In this document: piece after piece, positions 22,528-33,331 of the stretch | Numbering within the stretch: position 1 is the stretch's first letter | Layout of the letters: each line of letters starts with the position of its first letter | Assembly: GCA_013115145.1 (NCBI GenBank) | Contig: JAAPAO010000283.1 | Coordinates: 1-43,208, forward strand | Direction: 5' to 3' | Origin: Perkinsus chesapeaki ATCC PRA-425 | Taxonomy: Eukaryota; Protista; Perkinsozoa | DNA: 43,208 nt | Notes under the pieces: model-generated | The model's database searches: none | What the model was told of the DNA's origin: nothing | What the model saw: only the letters and a program-made list of their open reading frames with translations | Program-made: the position numbers and the translations under genes

Positions 22528-25500
22528 ATGGCGGAGGAGCAACAGCAGGAGATGGTTGATGTCCCTCTATATGCCCCGTTTTACCTTCTCAACTATGGCC
22601 TCTTTATTCTAATTATTTTATTTCATCTCGCGAAGGCCTTGCTAAACAAGAGAGTGAAACCCTCCAAAGGTAAGGTTGTGGTTTCAGACGACTCGAGTCT
22701 CACTATTGGTTTTGGGCAAGTCCTCGCGGAACGTCAAGTGGTTCTGGAGAGGCTGAAGAGGTTCTTGCACTACATGGTTTTTCCGTCATGAAAAAGTTTT
22801 CAGGACTGACCTATCATATCCCTGTTCCTGAAAATGGCAGCATCGATAGATGAAAATAGACTAGACACTTGACAAATCTTTACTCTTTATATATCTATAT
22901 TGTTATTCTCACAGTACACTATCTCGTATGACAGGTCACACGGCAACAGTAGAAGCGGAGGGCATCACAGAGCTAGGCTACCGGAGAACTGTTTTGGGAA
23001 CTGCCCTTGAAGTTCTGACAGTGGCATGGATGCTTTGGATGGAAACGGGAATGCTCCTCCTGGCAATCGGCAAGTACGCGCTCAAGGTTAAGATATATTC
23101 ACATCTGGCCATATTGTTACGCTACTCACCACCGAGGGGGGCTTCCTTACTTTAACTCTTAGTAATGTGAATTATTATGTTTATAACACCTGTTTTTCAC
23201 CTTCTCGACCCTTGATTATTTATTGGCTTTTCCAACGATACTTCTCTGTCATATCGCTGCGGCTATATTACTGTCGTTGCAGTTACTATGGCTTCTGGCC
23301 GTTTGGTAATGTGACTGCAAGCTGGGATAGCTACACTGCAGGATTCCTGATAGCATGGGTAAGTTACCGAGAGAATACAAGCCATAGCGCAGCTACGACA
23401 AGAAACACTCGTTTACCCGGTTGGATCTCCATCCCTAATATCGCCTCGCGCCGTTGTAGAAGACTCGGTCTCAAATATAGTGCAATAGGCTTGATTTGTT
23501 CGGAGAGGTGCGTTTTCTCGTATCTTCCTCAATCGTTTTGCATCCCCTTCTTCAGGGTGCATCCCCCTGTCTTTGTTGATTGTTGTTGTTCTTCTTCAGG
23601 CAACAAGCACTTGCCTTCTCATGCTCTCGATAAGGTTTTCCAAGCTCTTGTCTCTGCTCTATTTGGAGCCGTGTGAGTTGCGGGATGCAGAGTAAGTCGG
23701 TCGTCTCCACTCCCTTCTTCGCTAGCTCATATCGATCTCTACGAACTTGTTTTCCCTCTATACTTGACTATTGACGGCCCTCTCTTTGGTTCCGTATTCT
23801 TCATTCAGTTATGTCATGATGCGTTCGCATAACACAGACGAGTGCGGTACTGTCATCAGCCATGTCGAGCTCTGCAAAGTTCAGGTATTGCCACCTGTCA
23901 GCCCTTGTCCCATTTTACTTCAGACAACAGCGAGACGCGACGTTAGATGGGTCGCATACCAACTCTCGCGCTACTCCTGGGTGGAAGAGGTTGCTCTGTT
24001 CACCTCAGTGTCAATATTCAATCCCGCGGGTCCGACATCAAAAGAAGTAACCGCCGCCGCTGGAGGCCGCTATCAAAGATGCTCACGTGGTCAGGTTTTC
24101 GCTGGCCGATTGGGCAGGACCTCTGCCGAGGCCGACGACTTCCTCGCGGTGGACGGGAAAAATGAAATCGACGTGCCCGTTTCGCCCTTTTTAACGGCTC
24201 TAGTGAGCACAGTCTTCTTGTAGTGGGAACGGCATTGCCTTTGTTTTTCAGGGAAATGAGCTGTTCAACTATTTCTATGTATATCAGTTGGCCGCGGCCT
24301 GGCTGCCTATATTCTGGGAGTACATCACATACGGCGTTGTCCTTCTGATCCTCTCATTAGGCAGCGCTGTGGCCAAGGTAAGCTCTCCTTCGCTTTCGAA
24401 AGAATAATCTACTGTGTTCAGGTCTTTACTGAAAGACGTCAAAGGTTTGAGCTCCGTGAGATGGCCAGAGTGACCGGAACAGTATGGGTTAAGCGAGACG
24501 GCGACTGGCGGAGGCTTACTAGTGATTTGTTGGTCCAAGGGGTCAGTTGTTGTCAATCTCGGCACGGCTCGTATCTACCTGTTAGGATCTCATCGCTCTC
24601 ATGGACGATGACGCCGATGACTCGGATGAGGTTGGTCAGTTGTCCGTGGATGCCATGATTATCAGCGGCAGCGCGGTGTGTGATGAAAGCCTTCTTACCG
24701 GCGAGACCATGCCCATACAGAAGTTTGAGGTGTGCCGGCTTGAGGCGTCACTGGAATGTCTGTCGCGCAATGTGATAATTGAAGTGTCTGCCGCCACAGT
24801 TTTCCGAACTGTAAAATCATCCTTATATGTTCTTACGTGGGGATTCTTGATTCAGTGGCGATCATGGTACTTGGTTCCGTCGTCGCGGCGAAGTTGGCAT
24901 CGCTGGCCAACAAGAGTCAGCATGTGAACGTTACAACTTTAATTTCATACGGTTAGTATCGACCATGTTCCACATCGGGCTGTTGGCAGTCGAACCAAAA
25001 TATCCGGTCCACAAGTCAGCTGCTTTTTCTCTTCGCGTTCTGGGCTTTCGTCGCTTACAGAGTACTGCACAGTGACGTGGTCTTAGCTGAGCTATAGTCT
25101 CGACTGCTAGCTCCCTTCACAGGTGTCGTCACCGGAGGATGAGCCTGATGTTATGAACGTGCCACGAGATCCGAGAACGGAGAATAAGAAGCATTACGTG
25201 TTCGCTGGCACTAAGCTGCTGTCAGCATCAGGGGCCCCGGAGGCGGAGTTGCCGAGAGATCCGGATTCGGGCGGGAAAGGTGGGCCTCTCCTCAACTATG
25301 CACATGCGAACTTGCTCAAAGCTCTCTGTTGAGCTGCTGCGCCTCGGGACATACGCTCTATCACACTTGCGCAGCTTCCTTCCAAAAGATACTTCCAATC
25401 TCAAGTTTCGCGAGCTAGATGCTCTGCTTGTGATTTTTCATATAACCTAACTGCTCTGCATGCCTCCTGGACAACAGTTACGATCACCCAACTTCAGCGA

Positions 25501-28500
25501 TCTACGCTCTGCATTCGTACAGGGCGCGGCTCCGCGATGACTATTTTATCTGCGTTAATTTCTCCTTCTCAGGATGCCTCCTTATTGTAACTCACCGAGC
25601 ATCCGACAGTCTCCGAGGCCGTCTTCTCCGAACGCTACTTTTCGGCGCGCCAGTTGCAGCGACCTGGATTCGCGAGATCTGGACGGTCCTCGGCATCCTC
25701 TTCGTGTTGGGTATAATCGATTTCATAATCCTCAATGCGAAGTATGCCTTCAACTTGGGAAGCATCCTAAACGCGTGCACCGCGGTGATCGGTATGATCA
25801 GCCCGCTGCTTTCGATTGCGGTAAGTGCTACGGCGAGCATGGCCTCGCGCAGCTATCGGTGTTAGATTCTCGGAGGTCAACTTGCATCAGCTGCAAGATT
25901 GAGGGCTAGTAGCCGCAAGACGAGAAGGTTGCCTCTTGTTTGGCGGTGCCGGTCTAAGAAGATAGGTCAGCTCAGAATGGTGGTGTCGTTAACGAGCGGC
26001 GGCACTTCAGAGACGGAAGAGGCGTTCAAGTCATGTGATGATGAGATCGAGGGGGATGTCGGGGGCAATTTGAGAGTTTATTGCAGAGACGTGGCAAGGC
26101 TGACGCTAACTGGTAAGGTGGGTATGGTGTATGTGGAATATGAGTGTAATACAATTTCAGGGCGAGTGACGCAGATGTGCTTCGATAAGACGGGGACGCT
26201 GACAAAGACAGGTTTGGATTTCCTCGGAGTTTGCCAGTTTGAAGAACTCGAGTAAGCACTTTTGCAGCGGAGCGAAGTTTATTCTCTTGTTCAGTTCTTC
26301 CGCGGTGAGGTCACGCTTGGTTTACTTTGGACGCCGCAATCAAAAGGAACCCATTTCTGGGACGATCGCGGCTGGCTTGGCTCTCACTCATACAGTCAGC
26401 GTCCTTTCGTCTGGGGAACTGGTGGGCAGCCAGGTGAGCTTACGCGTATCTTGCGCGCATCTTTGAGGATACCACTGGGTAGGTTGAACTGAGGATGATC
26501 GAGGCTGCCAAGGCCCTTGGCTGGGAGTACGGTGACGACCTTAAAACGGTTCGGGAGCCAAACAGTAATTTCAACTAGATTGGCAACCTTAATGGTGGCC
26601 TTTCAGATGGTCCGCGCTGGCGGGTTGAGAAGCAGTATACCTTCGACCATCACAGCATGACGATGAGCGCTGTTGTGACCGATGAAAGCAGGGGAGAGTC
26701 TTATGTGTTCTGCAAGGGATCTCATGAAGCTATCCTGGAGAGGTAGGGGTTTGTGGCACTTCGCTGTTATACCCCTTTCTAAGGTGCATTAGTACCAGTG
26801 ATGAGATGAGGGATAAGGCTGTGATGATGGCTGAGAAATATGCCTCTGAGGGATGCTACGTGTTGGCGATAGCCTCTCGCTCCGTTACAGCTGCTGAAGG
26901 TAAGCTGCGGTCGGGTATGCCGCAATAGTGAGCGGCATGGTATCTGCTATATTAACATGGTTTGAAATTATTTTGTTTCTTTAATGTAATATATTACTGC
27001 AATCGACAGGGCGAAGTCGGCTATGCTATGCTGGTATCAACTCAGCGAGCTGTCGCCAAATGCCTTTCGATTTATTCCTGCTTCCCCTGAACAACTTCAA
27101 GTCGTTGCCTCGGATAAGCGAAACGAATCAAACGACGTTTTGCTATCGTTATGTTAGAGTATCATATATAATTATAATAAGCCAGCTAAATATGATTGCT
27201 GTGTACTTCCCATTCCTCTACGGAAATCCGCCAAAATTATGCAGTGTCCCACAGGTGCAACGCTCCCGAGACACGAGCTAGAGGATGACTTGGAGCTACT
27301 TGGTTTGCTGCTCTTCCGTAACGAGGTTAAGCCCGACTCGGCTCGATACATTGACGTGTTGAAGACCGGCGGTGTAGACAGTGTGATGATCACCGGTGAC
27401 TCGGTTTATAATGGCGCTGCAGTCGCCAGAAAAGTGGGCATCATCCCTCCAAGCTACCGGTAGGTCTGAGCTGCTGCAGAGCGCTGTGGTATTCGAGGCT
27501 CTTTAGAGTGATCATCGGGGATGTGATTGGAGAAGGCTGCATTCAGTGGACGGATTTGGATACCCATGAGGAAGTCGACGAGGCTATCTTTTGTGGGAAG
27601 GGCGGAGAGACAGAGCCTGCTTGCCTGTGTGTGACGGGAGCGTGCTTCTCTGAGTTGACCAGAGAGAGCCAGCTTATCCCCTTGATGGGTTGCAGAGGGA
27701 CGTGCCGCAATGGTCAGCTGGGCCCTGGCGTTAGAAGGTCAGAAGGTGCTTGGAATGCGTTCCTGTTACTGTTGATCAGGCCTGGTCTGGTGGATTGTGG
27801 TTGCAGTCGTATAAGAGTATTTGGTAGAATGACACCACATCAGAAGGTTGCTGTTATAACATCATATTCTCGCGCGCCACTTAATTTAATAACAGGAATG
27901 TGTGGTGATGGTGGTAATGATAGTGGAGCACTTAGAGCAGCAGCTGCTGGTAAGTTTTATTATCTTTATTATTTTTAATTATTTATTTTAGGTTTGGCAT
28001 TGAGTGGTAGAGTCGAGGCCAGTGTAGCAGCACCATTTAGTACAGATAGTCCCAGCATTGGCTCATTAGTTTTATTATTAAGAGAAGGTATCAAATAATT
28101 CATCATCACTTTAATTATATATTTCAGCTCGGGCATCAATGTGTACATCCTTTGCCTCATACCGCTTCCTTGTTGTCCGTGGTGTGATTGGCTCCATCGG
28201 CAAGGTATCGTCCGCCTCCCCTGAATGCTGCACACCCCATGTTTAGATGATATTAATGCTGTACGCTGGTGCGTATCTTACCCCCTTCGGTTTCATTTAC
28301 CAAGACTTGATCATGAACCCGTTGCTGCTCTGGGCTTTATCCATGGTACTCACCAGATCACCACTGTCAATGCACCTTCTCTTCAGCCTAAACCAGCGCG
28401 TACTCTGGCCCGAGTTCCACCGGAAGGAAGCCTACTAGGCCCTATGATGGTCATGGCTGCCTCTCTCACTGTACAGCTTGCCTTATACGGTTCCTTTTCA

Positions 28501-29520
28501 TACCGCATTTCCTTCAGATGATAATCGGTGTTATCTTTCTTATGGTAGCATTCTATATTCTATTCAGCAATGAGGGGGAGAGCTGGTTTGTAAGAACTAG
28601 GCCGTACTACTGCGATGATCTCTTAAAATCGAATACTCTCAGGGTCGCTTCGACGGGTCGGCGAGCGAGGTTCACGAGTGGCAGAAGCGATCGGATAACT
28701 TCGAGGCCGCCCTAACCTGGCTTTGGCTTTCGTGGATAACCTTCGATACTGCAGTGTGCTACTCTTATGGCGATGTCCATCGGCGCCCAGTGTAGGAGGG
28801 CCCGGGTTCGATTCCTGGTGGAGGCATTTTTATTTTTTTTAGATATCGGAACCTTCCATTGATATTTGTAGTCCTATTAACTGGTATCCCTCTCATTGTG
28901 CTTCTTGTTGGTCCAAGCAGCGAGTTCAGCTGTGCATTCAAGGTACCTTGCTCGTTTCCCTGTTTTTCTATCAGTTTCTTCTCCCCAGGTTAACTGCAGC
29001 TTACCCGATTTCCAAGCGGTCCAGTACAGTTGGGTCAACTGGCTTTTATTTTCCTACGAGCGAGTGGGCGGTGACGTCTGGTAACCAACCCTCCTCATCA
29101 CTACTTTCACCGTTGCCCCACAGGTACGGAACGGTATCGGGTAATGTGATGCCAGCGTGGCTTCGATGGACTTATTTTGGTCTCTTCTGTGGTATGACTC
29201 TCATCCATCATCTCTCCTATAAGATAATAACCCTTGGTTCGTTCGTCAAAAGGACACTGCCGAGGCTGGGCTGGGGCGCGCAGGAGGGTAAGGCGGGCCT
29301 GGAGGAAGCCGAGCTCACGTGGCTCGAATGACTTAGTCGAATTCGCTTGTACATTTTTGCGCATTCAATTCGGGCAGTTTATCGTTCCGTGATGTGGTGT
29401 CTCGTTGATGTAGCCTTTAATGATGAGGATCTTCTTTCTACAGGGCTGCTCTCGGTAACAGCGTCGTCTCGGATTGATAAGGTTGCGGAGTCGCTGCGGG
29501 CCCCGCTCCTGGTTGGCTAG
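22528..29520 (+). CDS. P5-type (P5B/ATP13A-like) P-type ATPase, paralog 2
   Basis: Same motif series and intron positions as paralog 1: DGKNEIDVPV, CDESLLTGETMPIQKF, CFDKTGTLT (26184), FDHHSMTMSAV, KGSHE, LFRNEVKPDS, MITGDS, GDGGND. The exact 3' end is uncertain (29331 or 29520). Confidence 0.92.
27770..28170 (+). repeat. 401-bp tract identical to 19729-20129, copy 2
   Basis: Direct comparison, as for copy 1. Confidence 0.97.
28796..28831 (+). other. tRNA 3'-half-like sequence inside intron 28792-28842
   Basis: GAGGGC CCGGG TTCGATT CCTGG TGGAGGC A TTTTT: fully pairing T stem, canonical T loop, 7-nt acceptor strand, discriminator and T-run. No 5' half upstream, where the sequence is coding exon. 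Confidence 0.7.
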
Positions 29521-29569
29521 ATGATTAACTTTTTCATCGCTGTACCATGGGCTCGAGCTCCAGTGCTTC

Positions 29570-30010
29570 ACCACTCCATGCCTGGCGTGATACGGCGTCT
29601 CATGAACTTATCGATGTGGTTTCATTCTGTATAGTAATTATTTCCCTAATGTAGGGGAGGCTGATGGCTACGGGGGTTATCGTTTACAACTTTCATAAAC
29701 CCTCCTTCCTTTTCGTGTGGAAGCCAGTTGGAGCTTTCCCCGCATCAAATGCCAATTTCAGTCTCGCCGGGATTCGTCCATCCTTACCCGTCCCCGGGCC
29801 CCTTTGGAAGATTGTCTAGGAGCTGCTCGGCTTGTAGCGCAGCTCTCCGTAGGTTGTTCCACGGTGAGCTCACGTCCTGCGTGTTACCGCATATTTTCAA
29901 GTCAGGTCGGCAGCCTTAGCTGCCGCGGTTGAGAGCTTCCGTTGAATCCTTGTACGTTAGCATTTCACAAAGGTATTCACTTCTATTCGACCCTGTAACG
30001 ATCCTTTTCT
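29570..30010 (-). CDS. Possible small spliced hypothetical gene divergent from RPC34
   Basis: Protein-like segment DVSSPWNNLRRAALQAEQLLDNLPKGPGDG flanked by AG and GT. The rest is unresolved. Confidence 0.25.
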
Positions 30011-30116
30011 CGTTGGGATCTACTTAACCTTTCTGTCATCGGGTCCAGGGCTCTTGCGTTCAGTTTCATAGAGTGCGCATCTTGAGAGAGCTGCAATCAG
30101 GATATCGGTGACACGC

Positions 30117-31844
30117 ATGGCCCGAGCTGCCGATGTCGAGGAGCTTCTGCAGCTCCTTACAGACAATCCCGACGGACTTACCAACGAGGATCTGGAAAAG
30201 ACAGGCTGGGAGAAGCAGAAGCTTCTACAGTGCTTGAACCCGCTGCTGCAGGTTGGCAGGAAATCCTGCTTGTTGGGCTGGCATCCTACTTGCAGGCGGG
30301 ACGAGTGGACATTTCGAAGACACCGGGCGGGAAGCTGCTTTATACAGCAGTGCCTGCGGAGATCGCCCAGAAGCTCAGAGGGTTGGATCAGACTTTCCGG
30401 ATGATTTACAAGCTTATTAAGATGGCAGGGACGCAGGGGATATGGAATAAGTAGTAGTGGGCCAGCAGGTGGATGGGTAGGGTGCCCTACTGCAAGGGTT
30501 ACCTCTTCTGTGGGCATTCATAGAGCCGCGTGAACGCGTTATAGCTTAAAGGCTGTCTTATGTCAAAGAACGTAGCTGGAGGCAAACAGGGAACCTACTA
30601 GTGTTCAAGGCCACGCCGGACCGATAGAGGAGCTCGAGGTGTGTGTTCACTATTAGCGAACGTTTGCCTATCTTGGCGAGGTCATTATTCTGATCCCGGC
30701 TACCACCTGGCTTTACCGTTCATACAAGGCTGAGCCCAGTATCCTTACTTTTACACGGTTTGATAGGCTGATTCAGCGTCATGCGGTATGGTATGTAGTG
30801 CAAGCATGAATAGCCTCATCGCATTACGAACCCGCTACCATCTCACAAACGCCGGCTGAAGTGCTCTGTGTGTGCGTTTCTATATGGCACTTGTCGAAGA
30901 AATCCTTTTCAATGCTCCTTCACCAGCTGCTTGGCAGCGCTAGGCCTCGAAGATTGATACTTACTCAGCCTCGTAGGGGTTTTACCGGGCAAACCGGGTG
31001 TATGCCTCACGGCTTAGGGTCGTTGCAAAAGGGGTATTTTTAGGGACTTGGCAACGCGGGCTAACATGGAGCACAGGATAGCATCGGGTAGTGTGACGAA
31101 GATATGCTCACAGCTGGAGGCACGGCGGTTGATAAAGAAGGTCACCTCCGTTCAACATAAATCCAGGAAGGTAATCGCCAGGGGAGGCTGCTGCTGCTGC
31201 CGGGACTGGCCTGGTGACAATGCCTTGGCCAGGTCTGGATGCTGTACGAATTAGAGCCCAGTAAGGAGGTTAGCGGCGGAAATTGGTACCGAGATGGCCG
31301 GTTGGATACGGATCTCATCGAAAGGCTTCGGCAGTGCTGTTTGGACTACATCACCAATCAGAACCGGTAATACAGTGGGGGGCTGGTGGCTGGCTCTAAT
31401 GAAAGTGTCAGTGCTGTGACATGCGAGGATGTCCACCGATACGTGGTGTCACAAGGCGTGTCACACATAACCCACAGCGTCGAGGAGATCGGAGACGTTT
31501 TACGGAGCCTCGAGCTGGACAGAGTAATTATGGTGGTGCCGTCGACAGCCGGGGAAGCAATAGCGAAGTAGGTGGAGTTCCGATCGTCACAATTGTATTC
31601 CCGTTGGTTCAGGCAGTGCTACGTGGCCCGGCCGGCTAACCTTGGCCTCGACTACACGACTCGTATAATAGACGTACCTTGTATTGCTTGCCCAGTCTCG
31701 GCGGAGTGTATGATTGGTGGGCGAGTAAACCCAGAGGAGTGCCTGTTCCTTTCCAAGTGGCTGCGGCTCACCGGTCAAAGCAGCGCCGAAGACAGTGGCG
31801 GCGCCACTGTGGGCGCTGATGAATCCGCGAAGGCCTCCGTATAG
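30117..31844 (+). CDS. RPC34: RNA polymerase III subunit RPC34/RPC6 (POLR3F)
   Basis: Winged-helix motifs IYKLIKMAGTQGIWNK|DLATRANM, LEARRLIKKVTSVQHKSRK|VWMLYELEPSKEVSGGNWY. C-terminal CIACPVSAECMIGGRVNPEECLFLSKWL matches the RPC6 Fe-S motif. Confidence 0.93.
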
Positions 31845-31938
31845 TTTACTGCTAATAACGTCGTTTCTACTGTCACCTTCCTTAGCTTGTCTCGTTGTTA
31901 CTGGTATATGCTCATCGGATCTTTCAGCAGTGTGCCGT

Positions 31939-33250
31939 ATGTCTCTCTCGGCCTTCATTGCCGATACGGGTCGGGCAGCGCCGGGCCAGGTAATTGGGGG
32001 TAACGTTGGTAACATCATTATCCTGCTATTAGAACGCCCCGAAGGTTGCCGGAGCAGTGGTACGGCCTGTGCAGGAAAATCCGGCCTTGAGAGCGAGACA
32101 GCAGGAGTTCTTCAACTGCGATCCTAAAGAGGTTTGGTTTCCGCTACTAAGCGACAGTACGGGTTTACTATATTTCGTTGTTTACAGGTTTTGGGCGGCA
32201 TCTCGAAAGCATTCAGAAATGCGTATGAAGGGGCGGTGGAGGAGTTCGAGGTGGCGACGAAGGAAATGAACCCGCAGGTTGGGCGATTCTACCGTTACCC
32301 CTCACTTGGGTAGATTTTCATGCGGATGCGTTGTTGGACTGTACCGTTTGATGAAGGAAATTTGGTAGGAAAGATGCTATGTTCTGATATGCTACGGGGT
32401 AGTTTGGAGGAACTAGATACGGTGGAATGTAGATATATTCTCAACACGACAGTTAGCCGCTTGAACATAGTATTGTAATGAGCGAACCTGGGCAACTCGC
32501 TGGGGGTTGAGTGGCGTACTCGGGGTTATCTCTTTGTAACCGCCTCTTATTATTCTGGTTCGTCATCTAATCTGAGGTCTTTCAGCCGAGTCGGGCTACG
32601 CTGGAGAGGCTGAAAGTACAGACTGAAGTGTCTGCAAGTCTGCTCTCTGATGTGCTTCTAAATGTAGCAGTAGCTCCTGCTGCTCCTCCTACGGTCATAC
32701 AGGCATCTCATCAGGCACTCATGTACGTAGAGGAAAAGGACGTAGCGAAGCCGCAAGCGACTGGTAAGGTTGGTACGTCAATTGATGGTTGACTCAACCA
32801 GGTTGAGTGTTGCCTTCAGATGCTGCGGCAGAGACGCGGGAGCTACAGGCGCTTGAGGAGGAATATGCACGACTAATTGAAGAGACGGCGAAGGTGGGGC
32901 CATTAACTTAATCCCACCTGCTAGAAAGTTTACAAATGGCGATGCTGATTAAAAGCGGCGCTGCTAGTATGAATAATGATGCGCCTCAAATAACAGGCAT
33001 CTCTCTTGGAATCGGGAGGAATGGACTTAGCCAGTGTCTACAATAGGAATATGAACCTTCCAAGTCCATTTGTCAACGTGTTGCTTGGCGGGTAGTGTTA
33101 CTTCAGACTGAATTGAGATATCGAACGAAGAAGGAGCGAGAAGAGAAGCTAAGGGAGTACGTGAAGATGGAGCACGTTGTGGTGGATAAGCTTGAGCACA
33201 TCGGCCAGAGGCTATCTGGCCAACAACCACAACAACATTCCCAGCAATAG
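31939..33250 (+). CDS. Coiled-coil protein, possibly kinetochore Mis12-like
   Basis: QEFFNCDPKE|VLGGISKAFRNAYEGAVEEFE, then LEELDTVECRYILN, EEKDVAKP, ETRELQALEEEYARLIEETAK, and a last exon ending QQHSQQ*. The resemblance to Mis12 is by eye only. Confidence 0.4.
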
Positions 33251-33331
33251 GTTACCAATTAACATGAGTCTCTAGCAAGGATTTGGCGTTGTCTTGCCGG
33301 TTGCCGGAATTTCGCGGCACAGAATTTTTAA

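Noticed and set aside
29663-29673. Minus-strand CCGTAGCCATC, matching the first half of the Perkinsus/dinoflagellate spliced leader
   Set aside because: Only 11 nt match, the TTGGCTCAAG half is absent, and there is no SL-RNA context. Compatible with chance.
30957-30970. ATACTTAC, resembling the U1 snRNA 5' end
   Set aside because: No U1 stem-loops or Sm site follow.
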